In this document: piece after piece, positions 49,427 through 63,077 of the stretch | Position numbering within the stretch: position 1 is the stretch's first letter | Layout: the number at the start of each line of letters is the position of its first letter | Assembly: GCA_964187785.1 (NCBI GenBank) | Contig: OZ076411.1 | Coordinates: 58,094,001 to 58,158,000, forward strand | Origin: Amphiscolops sp. MND2022 | Taxonomy: Eukaryota | Length of the DNA stretch: 64,000 nt | Reading direction: 5' to 3' | Translations under genes and position numbers: made by a program | Notes under the pieces: model-generated | What the model saw: the letters and a program-made list of their open reading frames with translations, nothing else | The model's database searches: none | What the model was told of the DNA's origin: nothing

Positions 49427-49759
49427 TGATATACCAGATGATATACCAAATATTTCTTGATTTATAATTATCCCCCCCCCTATATGTCTAGACTTTAGAA
49501 CAGTGCATATCATTTATGAATGTGCTCATTAATATTCTAGATGTAAAATGAATTGATTGATGTAACTACTTTATATTCAATACCATGAATTCTGATTTGT
49601 AGAACACAACTAGAATTGAATCTTCACCGATTAGTTGTCTTCACCTTAAGACCTAATAACTGCAGCTCAGTTAGCGTCTCTTAAAGTAATAATTGTAATT
49701 TTGATAGAAAGGCCCAATTCTATCTTAACTTTAAATAAGAACAAGATCCAAGTACTTTA
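49427..49759 (+). repeat. 3' LTR (333 bp)
   Basis: Direct repeat of 31276-31605, followed by TSD ATAG. Confidence 0.95.
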
Positions 49760-50334
49760 ATAGGAAGCCATTGCTAGCCTAAACTGTCTAAAACTGGAAT
49801 TACAAGCGGCTCTGTGGAATATATAGTCTGTCTTTCAATAGACAAAAATCTAATGCTAGCCAAAACTTTTCAAAAAATGTTCATATACGAGTATACATGT
49901 GACATTTGCAATCTATCGTTCAGCATGAAGCAAGCTAGAACCAACCAGAATTTTATAATGATTGGAAGTACCTAAGCATCTGTTGGGTATTTACATCGTT
50001 CAGTAAAGTACGTTGGAACAAGTCGAAACAGTCTGTTGGCGCCAGTCACTTGCAAGATCAGAAACTCAAAGTTGAACGTGATTGATAAAACTTATATTTC
50101 AAAACACTTAGAAACATTGTCACGATTTTAGTTAGAAAATTACAAGTTTCACCAGAAAAAGGGTATTGCAAAATGTGCAACCCCCCTCTCGTCCCGATGA
50201 ACCACTTCATCAATCACCTTGAAACTCGGCACACATATAGTGGTGGTGCTATCCTAACCTTTCACTTCTAACACCCTACACCGTATCTCCCCTGGGTTCA
50301 GAGCAATTAACACCCAAAGTGATCTAGGTCGGAC

Positions 50335-51463
50335 CCCATGAATTACCCAAAATTGATGTATTAATTATTGTGATTTTCTCATATGACCTTGAAGGAAATG
50401 TAATTTTGTTGGAATTAATGATATTTACATTGTGTAAACATACTTTCTAACCCACCTAACCAACATGCCAAAACCACCACATAGTTTGTTTACTTAGCCA
50501 ATAACATCATTTTATGCTTTAAATGTCATTTATTTATACTTACATATTTCGACTCATATTTACTGTAGAATTGTAAACCACATTTATACCATTATAAGAG
50601 AGAGATTTTCTCCACTGAATAGCTATAGTCAAGTTGGGTCTTAGGACCAAGAGACTAATTAAACAACTTCTCAATCTTCACAACATTTCGCTAGAGTCAG
50701 AGCGACTAAGTACCTACTCTCATAGTTGGAGAGCCGGAGCGCGTGAAGATACTGTGAGGGAAGTGTGTTACGGATCACATCGGATCCAAATCAGTGCAAA
50801 GAGGAATCGCAGAAGATTCCACGAGTCACATCGGACCCATCAAGCCAAAAGATACAGTCCTTTAAAACAAGAAACCAGTTGGTTACATGCGGTCTATCTT
50901 CCAATAGATAGAAGGCTAATGCCCATGAATTACCCAAAATTGATGTATTAATTATTATGTGATTTTCTCATATGACCTTGAAGGAAATGAACTTTGTTGA
51001 AATTAATGATATTTACATTGTGTAAACATACTTTCTAACCCACCTAACCAACATGCCAAAACCACATAGTTTGTTTACTTAGCCAATAACTTCATTTTAT
51101 GCTTTAAATGTCATTTATTTTTACTTACATATTTCGACTCATATATTCTGTAGAATTGTAAACCACATTTATACCATTATTAGAGAGAGATTTTATCCAC
51201 TGAATAGCTATAGTCGAGTTGGGTCTTAGGACCAAGAGACTAATTAACCAACTTCTCAATCTTCACAACTTTTAGCTAGAGTCAGAGCGACTAAGTAGCT
51301 ACTCTCATAGTTGGAGAGCCGGAGCGCGTGAAGATACTGTGAGGGAAGTGTGTTACGGATCACATCGGATCCAAATCAGTGGAAAGAGGAATCGCAGAAG
51401 ATTCCACGAGTCACATCGGACCCATCAAGCCAAAAGATACAGTCCTTTAAAACAAGAAACCAG
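50335..51463 (+). repeat. Tandem duplication of a ~543 bp segment (period 587) with a 44 bp satellite-derived spacer
   Basis: CCCATGAATTACCC at 50335 and 50922; both copies end AAAACAAGAAACCAG; spacer 50879-50922 is identical to 51798-51842. Confidence 0.9.
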
Positions 51464-52329
51464 GAATTGTTTAGTGACGGTCAACAGCACTAAGCAACGG
51501 ATCAGGGCGGCGTAAAGCTTGTCAAGCCTCAGCGCAGGATAAGGGCAAGCAGCCGTTACACAGTCCAAGTTTCAAAAAATAAGAGTATTTATTAAAGAGC
51601 AGTGTATCTTTCAGTAAAAATTGGGACATTGGATCTGGAATTGTCGAAAACTGAATAAGAGTGACGCTACTCAGGTCAAAGGCAGTCTGTTTTTCGGTAT
51701 GTAGTAGGCTATTACAAGCCGAAACCGTCCAAAATTGAAAATACGTGAGGCCTTGTTACACGCAGTCCGTTCAAAATTGAAAATACGTGAGGCCTTGTTG
51801 GTTACATGCGGTCTATCTTCCAATAGATAGAAGGCTAATGCCAGTCAAAATTGTACAGAATTGCTTGACGATGGATATACAAGAGACATTTGCAGTCTAT
51901 CGTTCAGTATACAGTAGGCTAACTATGCAAAAGGGTATGAGGTTGGTTATACACTAGCGTATACACAATTTATGCAGTCAATTTTTCAGTATTTATAGGC
52001 TAACAACAAGAGTAAGTGTCAAAGATTAGATATACATGAAATTGTAGAGGGTTTAGGTAATCGTTTTCAATAAATTGAACGCTAAACTAGTCAAAAGTTT
52101 CCAAGTTTGTATATACATGAGCTTATTTAGGGTGTATGCAGTCTCTTTTCTGTGTATAGTAGACTAACATCATGCTAAAGGGTCTAAAATTGGGTATGCA
52201 TTAGCGTATACACGATTTACGTAGTCTCTCGTTAAGTATTCAACAGGCTAACACACGATGCCAAACTGTCTGAGAATAGATATACATGACAATGCAGAGG
52301 ATTTAGGTTCTCTTCCAAGATATAGATCG

Positions 52330-55300
52330 CTAACACCAGCCAAACGTGTCTGAGATTGGATATACATGAGCATATACAGGGTATATACAGTCTATCTTTT
52401 GGTATATAGTCTGCTAACAACAGTCAAAAGTGTCTAAGACTGGTTATACATTGGCATATTTAAGCTATACGTAATCTCTTCCAAGATATAGTACGTTAAC
52501 ACTAGTCTAAAGTGTCTGAGATTCGATGTACATGAGCTTACATTGGGTATATACAGTCTATCTTCCAATTTATCGAAGGCTAACAACATTCAAAAGTGTC
52601 TAAGACTGGTAATACATTGACATATGTAAGCTATAGGTAATGTCTTTCAAGTTATAGAAAGCTAACACTAGCCAAAAGTGTCTGAGATTAGTTATACATC
52701 AGCTTATACTAGGTATATACAGTCTATCTTTTGGTATATAGTATGCTAACAGCAGTCAAAAGTTTCTTAGACTGGTTACAAATTGGCTTTTATAAGATAT
52801 ACGTAATATGTTTCAAGATATAGTACGCTAACACTAGTCAAAAGTGTCTGAGATTCGATATACATGAGCATACACTGGGTATATACAGTCTATCTTCCAA
52901 TTTTTCGATGGCTAAAAAGATTCAAAAGTGTCTAAGACTGGTTATACATTGGTCTATGTAAGCCATACGTAATGTCTTTCAAGATATAGAACGCTAACAC
53001 TAGCCAAAAGTGTCTGAGATTAGTTATACTTCAGCATATACTAGGCGTATACAGTCTATCTTTTGGTATATAGTATGCTAACAACAGTCAAAAGTGTCTA
53101 AGACTGGTTATACATTGGTCTATGTAAGCCATACGTAATGTCTTTCAAGTTATAGAAAGCTGACACTAGCCAAAAGTGTCTGATATTGGATATACATCAG
53201 CAGATACCGGGCATATACAGTCTATCTTCCGCTATATAGTATGCTAACAACCTTCAAAAGTGTCTAAGACTGGTAATACATTGGCATATGTAAGCTTAAG
53301 GTAATTTCTTTCAAGTTATAGAAAGCTGACACTAGCCAAAAGTGTCTGAGATTAGTTATACATCAGCTTATACTAGGTATATACAGTCTATCGTTTGGTA
53401 TATAGTATGCTAACAACAGTCAAAAGTTTCTTAGACTGGTTACAAATTGGCTTTTATAAGATATACGTAATATGTTTCAAGATATAGTACGCTAACACTA
53501 GTCAAAAGTGTCTGAGATTCGATATACATGAGCATACACTGGGTATATACAGTCTATCTTCCAATTTATCGATGGCTAAAAAGATTCAAAAGTGTCTAAG
53601 ACTGGTTATACATTGGTCTATGTAAGCCATACGTAACGTCTTTCAAGATATAGAACGCTAACACTAGCCAAAAGTGTCTGAGATTAGTTATACTTCAGCA
53701 TATACTAGGCGTATACAGTCTATCTTTTGGTATATAGTATGCTAACAACAGTCAAAAGTGTCTAAGACTGGTTATACATTGGTCTATGTAAGCCATACGT
53801 AATGTCTTTCAAGTTATAGAAAGCTGACACTAGCCAAAAGTGTCTAATATTGGATATACATCAGCAGATACCGGGCATATACAGTCTATCTTCCGCTATA
53901 TAGTATGCTAACAACCTTCAAAAGTGTCTAAGACTGGTAATACATTGGCATATGTAAGCTTAAGGTAATGTCTTTCAAGTTATAGAAAGCTGACACTAGC
54001 CAAAAGTGTCTGAGATTAGTTATACATCAGCTTATACTAGGTATATACAGCCTATCTTTTGGTATATAGTATGCTAACAACAGTCAAAAGTTTCTAAGAC
54101 TGGTTACAAATTGGCTTTTGTAAGATATACATAATATGTTTCAAGATATAGGACGCTAACACTAGTCAAAAGTGTCAGATTCGATATACATGAGCATACA
54201 CTGGGTTTATACAGTCTATCTTCCAGTTTATCGAAGGCTAAAAAGATTCAAAAGTGTCTAAGACTGGTTATACATTGGTCTATGTAAGCCATACGTAATG
54301 TCTTTCAAGATATAGAACGCTAACACTAGTCAAAAGTGTCTGATATTGGATATACATAAGCTAATACCGGGTATATACAGTCTATCTTCCGCTATATAGT
54401 ACGCTAACAACATTCAAAAGTGTCTAAGACTGGTTATACATTGGCATATGTAAGCTATAGGTGATCTCTTTCAAGTTATAGAAAGCTAACACTAGCCAAA
54501 AGTGTCTGAGATTAGTTATACATCAGCATATACTAGGCGTATACAGTCTATCTTTTGGTATATAGTATGCTAACAACAGTCAAAAGTGTCTAAGACTGGG
54601 TATACATTGGCATATGTAAGCTATACGTAATCTCTTCCTAGCTATAGAACGCTAACACTAGTCAAAAGTGTCTGAGATTCGATATACATTAGCTTACACT
54701 GGGTATATACAGTCTATCTTCCAATTTATCGAAGGCTAACAACATTCAGAGGTGTCTAAGACTGGTTATACATTGGCAAATGTAAGCTATAGGCAATGTC
54801 TTTCAAGTTATAGAAAGCTAACACTAGCCAAAAGTGTCTGAGATTAGTTATACATCAGCATATACTAGGCGTATACAGTCTATCTTTTGGTATATAGTAT
54901 GCTAACAACAGTTAAAAGTTTCTAAGACTGGTTACAAATTGGCTTTTGTAAGATATACGTAATATGTTTCAAGATATAGTACGCTAACACTAGTCAAAAG
55001 TGTCTGAGATTCGATATACATGAGCATACACTGGGTATATACAGTCTATCTTCCAATTTATCGAAGGCTAAAAGGATTCAAAAGTGTCTAAGACTGGTTA
55101 TACATTGGTCTATGTAAGCCATACGTAATGTCTTTCAAGATATAGAACGCTAACACTAGCCAAAAGTGTCTGAGATTAGTTATACATCAGCATATACTAG
55201 GCGTATACAGTCTATCTTTTGGTATATAGTATGCTAACAACAGTCAAAAGTGTCTAAGACTGGGTATACATTGGCATATGTAAGCTATACGTAATATGTT

Positions 55301-58300
55301 TCAAGATATAGTACGCTAACACTAGTCAAAAGTGTCTGAGATTCGATATACATGAGCATACACTGGGTATATACAGTCTATCTTCCAATTTATCGAAGGC
55401 TAAAAAGATTCAAAAGTGTCTAAGACTGGTTATACATTGGTCTATGTAGGCCATACGTAATGTCTTTCAAGATATAGAACGCTAACACTAGTCAAAAGTG
55501 TCTGATATTGGATATACATAAGCTAATACCGGGTATATACAGTCTATCTTCCGCTATATAGTACGCTAACAACATTCAAAAGTGTCTAAGACTGGTTATA
55601 CATTGGCAAAGGTAAGCTATAGGCAATGTCTTTCAAGTTATAGAAAGCTAACACTAGCCAAAAGTGTCTGAGATTAGTTATACATCAGCATATACTAGGC
55701 GTATACAGTCTATCTTTTGGTATATGGTATGCTAACAAAAGTTAAAAGTTTCTAAGACTGGTTACAAATTGGCTTTTGTAAGATATACGTAATATGTTTC
55801 AAGATATAGTACGCTAACACTAGTCAAAAGTGTCTGAGATTCGATATACATGAGCATACACTGGGTATATACAGTCTATCTTCCAATTTATCGAAGGCTA
55901 AAAAGATTCAAAAGTGTCTAAGACTGGTTATACATTGGCAAATGTAAGCTATAGGCAATGTCTTTCAAGTTATAGAAAGCTAACACTAGCCAAAAGTGTC
56001 TGAGATTAGTTATACATCAGCATATACTAGGCGTATACAGTCTATCTTTTGATATATAGTATGCTAACAACAGTTAAAAGTTTCTAAGACTGGTTACAAA
56101 TTGGCTTTTGTAAGATATACGTAATATGTTTCAAGATATAGTACGCTAACACTAGTCAAAAGTGTCTGAGATTAGTTATACATCAGCATATACTAGGCGT
56201 ATACAGTCTATCTTTTGGTATATGGTATGCTAACAAAAGTTAAAAGTTTCTAAGACTGGTTACAAATTGGCTTTTGTAAGATATACGTAATATGTTTCAA
56301 GATATAGTACGCTAACACTAGTCAAAAGTGTCTGAGATTCGATATACATGAGCATACACTGGGTATATACAGTCTATCTTCCAATTTATCGAAGGCTAAA
56401 AAGATTCAAAAGTGTCTAAGACTGGTTATACATTGGCATATGTAAGCTATAGGTAATCTCTTTCAAGTTATAGAAAGCTATTACTAGCCAAAAGTGTCTG
56501 AGAGTAGTTATACATCAGCATATACTAGGCGTATACAGTCTATCTTTTGGTATATAGTATGCTAACAACAGTCAAAAGTGTCTAAGACTGGGTATACATT
56601 GGCATATGTAAGCTATACGTAATCTCTTCCTAGCTATAGAACGCTAACACTAGTCAAAAGTGTCTGAGATTCGATATACATTAGCTTACACTGGGTATAT
56701 ACAGTCTATCTTCCAATTTATCGAAGGCTAACAACATTCAGAAGTGTCTAAGACTGGTTATACATTGGCAAATGTAAGCTATAGGCAATGTCTTTCAAGT
56801 TATAGAAAGCTAACACTAGCCAAAAGTGTCTGAGATTAGTTATACATCAGCATATACTAGGCGTATACAGTCTATCTTTTGGTATATAGTATGCTAACAA
56901 CAGTTAAAAGTTTCTAAGACTGGTTACAAATTGGCTTTTGTAAGATATACGTAATATGTTTCAAGATATAGTACGCTAACACTAGTCAAAAGTGTCTGAG
57001 ATTCGATATACTTGAGCATACACTGGGTATATACAGTCTATCTTCCAATTTATCGAAGGCTAAAAGGATTCAAAAGTGTCTAAGACTGGTTATACATTGG
57101 TCTATGTAAGCCATACGTAATGTCTTTCAAGATATAGAACGCTAACACTAGCCAAAAGTGTCTGAGATTAGTTATACATCAGCATATACTAGGCGTATAC
57201 AGTCTATCTTTTGGTATATAGTATGCTAACAGTCAAAAGTGTCTAAGACTGGGTATACATTGGCATATGTAAGCTATACGTAATCTCTTCCTAGCTATAG
57301 AACGCTAACACTAGTCAAAAGTGTCTGAGATCCGATATACATTAGCTTACACTGGGTATATACAGTCTATCTTCCAATTTATCGAAGGCTAACAACATTC
57401 AAAAGTGTCTAAGACTGGTTATACATTGGCAAATGTAAGCTATAGGCAATGTCTTTCAAGTTATAGAAAGCTAACACTAGCCAAAAGTGTCTGAGATTAG
57501 TTATACATCAGCATATACTAGGCGTATACAGTCTATCTTTTGGTATATAGTATGCTAACAACAGTTAAAAGTTTCTAAGACTGGTTACAAATTGGCTTTT
57601 GTAAGATATACGTAATATGTTTCAAGATATAGTACGCTAACACTAGTCAAAAGTGTCTGAGATTCGATATACATGAGCATACACTGGGTATATACAGTCT
57701 ATCTTCCAATTTATCGAAGGTTAAAAAGATTCAAAAGTGTCTAAGACTGGTTATACATTGGTCTATGTAAGCCATACGTAATGTCTTTCAAGATATAGGA
57801 CGCTAACACTAGTCAAAAGTGTCTGATATTGGATATACATAAGCTAATACCGGGTATATACAGTCTATCTTCCGCTATATAGTACGCTAACAACATTCAA
57901 AAGTGTCTAAGACTGGTTATACATTGGCAAATGTAAGCTATAGGCAATGTCTTTCAAGTTATAGAAAGCTAACACTAGCCAAAAGTGTCTGAGATTAGTT
58001 ATACATCAGCATATACTAGGCGTATATAGTCTATCTTTTGGTATATGGTATGCTAACAACAGTTAAAAGTTTCTAAGACTGGTTACAAATTGGCTTTTGT
58101 AAGATATACGTAATATGTTTCAAGATATAGTACGCTAACACTAGTCAAAAGTGTCTGAGATTCGTTATACATGAGCATACACTGGGTATATACAGTCTAT
58201 CTTCCAATTTATCGAAGGCTAAAAAGATTCAAAAGTGTCTAAGACTGGTTATACATTGGTCTATGTAAGCCATACGTAATGTCTTTCAAGTTATAGAACG

Positions 58301-61300
58301 CTAACACTAGTCAAAAGTGTCTGATATTGGATATACATAAGCTAATACCGGGTATATACAGTCTATCTTCCGCTATATAGTACGCTAACAACATTCAAAA
58401 GTGTCTAAGACTGGTTATACATTGGCAAATGTAAGCTATAGGCAATGTCTTTCAAGTTATAGAAAGCTAACACTAGCCAAAAGTGTCTGAGATTAGTTAT
58501 ACATCAGCATATACTAGGCGTATACAGTCTATCTTTTGGTATATGGTATGCTAACAACAGTTAAAAGTTTCTAAGACTGGTTACAAATTGGCTTTTGTAA
58601 GATATACGTAATATGTTTCAAGATATAGTACGCTAACACTAGTCAAAAGTGTCTGAGATTCGATATACATGAGCATACACTGGGTATATACAGTCTATCT
58701 TCCAATTTATCGAAGGCTAAAAAGATTCAAAAGTGTCTAAGACTGGTTATACATTGGCAAATGTAAGCTATAGGCAATGTCTTTCAAGTTATAGAAAGCT
58801 AACACTAGCCAAAAGTGTCTGAGATTAGTTATACATCAGCATATACTAGGCGTATACAGTCTATCTTTTGATATATAGTATGCTAACAACAGTTAAAAGT
58901 TTCTAAGACTGGTTACAAATTGGCTTTTGTAAGATATACGTAATATGTTTCAAGATATAGTACGCTAACACTAGTCAAAAGTGTCTGAGATTCGATATAC
59001 ATGAGCATACACTGGGTATATACAGTCTATCTTCCAATTTATCGAAGGCTAGAAGGATTCAAAAGTGTCTAAGACTGATTATACATTGGTCTATGTAAGC
59101 CATACGTAATGTCTTTCAAGATATAGAACGCTAACACTAGCCAAAAGTGTCTGAGATTAGTTATACATCAGCATATACTAGGCGTATACAGTCTATCTTT
59201 TGGTATGCTAACATATAGTATGCTAACAACAGTCAAAAGTGTCTAAGACTGGGAATACATTGGCATATGTAAGCTATACGTAATCTCTTCCTAGCTATAG
59301 AACGCTAACACTAGTCAAAAGTGTCTGAGATCCGATATACATTAGCTTACACTGGGTATATACAGTCTATCTTCCAATTTATCGAAGGCTAACAACATTC
59401 AAAAGTGTCTAAGACTGGTTATACGTTGGCAAATGTAAGCTATAGGCAATGTCTTTCAAGTTATAGAAAGCTAACACTAGCCAAAAGTGTCTGAGATTAG
59501 TTATACATCAGCATATACTAGGCGTATACAGTCTATCTTTTGGTATATAGTATGCTAACAACAGTTAAAAGTTTCTAAGACTGGTTACAAATTGGCTTTT
59601 GTAAGATATACGTAATATGTTTCAAGATATAGTACGCTAACACTAGTCAAAAGTGTCTGAGATTCGATATACATGAGCATACACTGGGTATATACAGTCT
59701 ATCTTCCAATTTATCGAAGGCTAAAAAGATTCAAAAGTGTCTAAGACTTGTTATACATTGGTCTATGTAAGCCATACGTAATGTCTTTCAAGATATAGGA
59801 CGCTAACACTAGTCAAAAGTGTCTGATATTGGATATACATAAGCTAATACCGGGTATATACAGTCTATCTTCCGCTATATAGTACGCTAACAACATTCAA
59901 AAGTGTCTAAGATTGGGTATACATTGGCAAATGTAAGCTATAGGCAATGTCTTTCAAGTTATAGAAAGCTAACACTAGCCAAAAGTGTCTGAGATTAGTT
60001 ATACATCAGCATATACTTGGCGTATACAGTCTATCTTTTCGTATATGGTATGCTAACAACAGTTAAAAGTTTCTAAGACTGGTTACAAATTGGCTTTTGT
60101 AAGATATACGTAATATGTTTCAAGATATAGTACGCTAACACTAGTCAAAAGTGTCTGAGATTCGATATACATGAGCATACACTGGGTATATACAGTCTAT
60201 CTTCCAATTTATAGAAGGCTAAAAAGATTCAAAAGTGTCTAAGACTGGTTATACATTGGCAAATGTAAGCTATAGGCAATGTCTTTCAAGTTATAGAAAG
60301 CTAACACTAGCCAAAAGTGTCTGAGATTAGTTATACATCAGCATATACTAGGCGTATACAGTCTATCTTTTGGTATATAGTATGCTAACAACAGTTAAAA
60401 GTTTCTAAGACTGGTTACAAATTGGCTTTTGTAAGATATACGTAATATGTTTCAAGATATAGTACGCTAACACTAGTCAAAAGTGTCTGAGATTCGATAT
60501 ACATGAGCATACACTGGGTATATACAGTCTATCTTCCAATTTATCGAAGGCTAAAAAGATTCAAAAGTGTCTAAGACTGGTTATTTATTGGTCTATGTAA
60601 GCCATACGTAATGTCTTTCAAGATATAGAACGCTAACACTAGCCAAAAGTGTCTGAGATTAGTTATACATCAGCATATACTAGGCGTATACAGTCTATCT
60701 TTTGGTGTATAGTATGCTAACTACAGTCAAAAGTGTCTAAGACTGGTTATACATTGGTCTATGTAAGCCATACGTAATGTCTTTCAAGATATAGAACGCT
60801 AACACTAGTCAAAAGTGTCTGATATTGGATATACATAAGCTAATACCGGGTATATACAGTCTATCTTCCGCTATATAGTACGCTAACAACATTCAAAAGT
60901 GTCTAAGACTGGTTATACATTGGCAAATGTAAGCTATAGGCAATGTCTTTCAAGTTATAGAAAGCTAACACTAGCCAAAAGTGTCTGAGATTAGTTATAC
61001 ATCAGCATATACTAGGCGTATACAGTCTATCTTTTGGTATATGGTATGCTAACAACAGTTAAAAGTTTCTAAGACTGGTTACAAATTGGCTTTTGTAAGA
61101 TATACGTAATATGTTTCAAGATATAGTACGCTAACACTAGTCAAAAGTGTCTGAGATTCGATATACATGAGCATACACTGGGTATATACAGTCTATCTTC
61201 CAATTTATCGAAGGCTAAAAAGATTCAAAAGTGTCTAAGACTGGTTATACATTGGCAAATGTAAGCTATAGGCAATGTCTTTCAAGTTATAGAAAGCTAA

Positions 61301-62030
61301 CACTAGCCAAAAGTGTCTGAGATTAGTTATACATCAGCATATACTAGGCGTATACAGTCTATCTTTTGATATATAGTATGCTAACAACAGTTAAAAGTTT
61401 CTAAGACTGGTTACAAATTGGCTTTTGTAAGATATACGTAATATGTTTCAAGATATAGTACGCTAACACTAGTCAAAAGTGTCTGAGATTCGATATACAT
61501 GAGCATACACTGGGTATATACAGTCTATCTTCCAATTTATCGAAGGCTAAAAAGATTCAAAAGTGTCTAAGACTGGTTATTTATTGGTCTATGTAAGACA
61601 TACGTAATGTCTTTCAAGATATAGAACGCTAACACTAGCCAAAAGTGTCTGAGATTAGTTATACATCAGCATATACTAGGCGTATACAGTCTATCTTTTG
61701 GTGTATAGTATGCTAACTACAGTCAAAAGTGTCTAAGACTGGTTATACATTGGTCTATGTAAGCCATACGTAATGTCTTTCAAGATATAGAACGCTAACA
61801 CTAGTCAAAAGTGTCTGATATTGGATATACATAAGCTAATACCGGGTATATACAGTCTATCTTCCGCTATATAGTACGCTAACAACATTCAAAAGTGTCT
61901 AAGACTGGTTATACATTGGCAAATGTAAGCTATAGGTAATCTCTTTCAAGTTATAGAAAGCTAACACTAGCCAAAAGTGTCTGAGATTGGATATACATGA
62001 GCATATACTGGGTATATGCAATCGATCTTC
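52330..62030 (+). repeat. Satellite array: alternating 84 and 82 bp monomers (166 bp dimer), ~58 dimers, with higher-order repeats
   Basis: CAAAAGTG anchors at 52839, 52923, 53005, 53089, 53171 (84/82 alternation); diagnostic variants recur at 498, 664, 996 and 2000 bp. Confidence 0.97.
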
Positions 62031-62174
62031 TGTATATGTATCTTCGAAACCCAGTTTCATTTTCAAATTGGTGCAGAAATAGCTCCTGTCCATTAATACA
62101 TACTCAGCAAACTGATGTAAACGCCGCTGCGAGCTCACAACGCTTTATGTTAAAGTATAAATTACTCCATTTCA

Positions 62175-62245
62175 GCTCCCCGTGGCGCAGCGGTATGCCA
62201 TCTGACTCCGACCCCACCGGCCCGAGTTCGAACCCCGCCAACCAA
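62175..62245 (+). pseudogene. tRNA-derived sequence (SINE head or pseudo-tRNA)
   Basis: A box TGGCGCAGCGGT (62183-62194), B box GAGTTCGAACC (62224-62234); acceptor and anticodon stems do not pair. Confidence 0.6.
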
Positions 62246-62353
62246 AATATTTTATGACCCGATACCAGTGAATTTGAACCGGTCCCCCCATGTTTTAAGA
62301 TTGGTTATGACCCGGACCCGGTGTAATTGTGGTGCATATACACCCCCACTACT

Positions 62354-62558
62354 AAAACATCATCTTGAAAAGTGTGGGGAAAGAAAAAAAATTTCAGAAA
62401 AAAAGAAAAAAATTTTCAAAGGATTTGTCAAAATTTTTCAAAGGATTTGTCAATGTTTAATAGAGATGTCAATGTTTAGGTGAACTGTTTCATTGGAAAC
62501 TCAATTGATAATAATTAATTGCAAAAACATCATCTTGAAAAGTGTGGGGAAAGAAAAA
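62354..62558 (+). repeat. 35 bp direct repeat, 170 bp apart
   Basis: AAAACATCATCTTGAAAAGTGTGGGGAAAGAAAAA at 62354 and 62524. Confidence 0.85.
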
Positions 62559-62642
62559 AGTTCCCTCAAAAGTATTTGTCGTTTATTTGTTCAATTCTTG
62601 GATTTCAGTTTTCAAAAGGTTGTTAATTAGGTAATCAATTAA

Positions 62643-63077
62643 CCCTAAATGGACGATAATACGATTTCTTACCAATTAGTTTCTGCAAACTTCTGAAGGC
62701 ACTAGCTGAACGTATGGAAAAATTTCTAGACGATATTGCAAAGCGTCGCTCGCATTCTCTCGAAACAATGACTTGATGCCTCAGAAACAGGGATTTAAAA
62801 AATGAAAACTGAGTGCAGATTTTCCGTTCAACCTGTTTCCGTTCGTCGGCACTTCGCGGCCCTAGCATGTTTTGAAACATACCGAATTGCGATCAGAGAC
62901 ACAAAGTGTGCAAGGTTTTGGCGCAAAGGCCGGAGCCAGTGCGATTGAAAGCCCTGATTGTTTTCCTCCGAACGCTCTATAAATTGTTTGTCGAACTCGA
63001 ATAGTTAAGATCTTGCGGTTTAAAGTTTAAGCACCAGATTTTTGGATGGAATCGGAAATTTCTTCGTCCATTTAGGG
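62643..63077. mobile_element. piggyBac-type MITE, 435 bp
   Basis: TTAA|CCCTAAATGGACGA ... TCGTCCATTTAGGG|TTAA: perfect 14 bp TIRs and TTAA TSD. Confidence 0.92.

Larger units (their letters stand above)
31276..49759 (+). mobile_element. Giant (18,484 bp) env-bearing Ty3/Gypsy-type LTR retroelement
   Basis: Paired LTRs, 4 bp TSD ATAG (31272-31275 / 49760-49763), PBS, gag-PR-RT-RH-IN domain order (Ty3/Gypsy), env and accessory ORFs. Confidence 0.93.

Noticed and set aside
52330-62030. CRISPR array
   Set aside because: No unique spacers; entire 82/84 bp units are homologous, the context is eukaryotic and no cas genes are present. It is a satellite.
62175-62245. Functional tRNA genes (also 2499-2560, ~20121-20175 and 38700-38770)
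   Set aside because: A/B boxes are present, but acceptor and anticodon stems do not pair into a cloverleaf.
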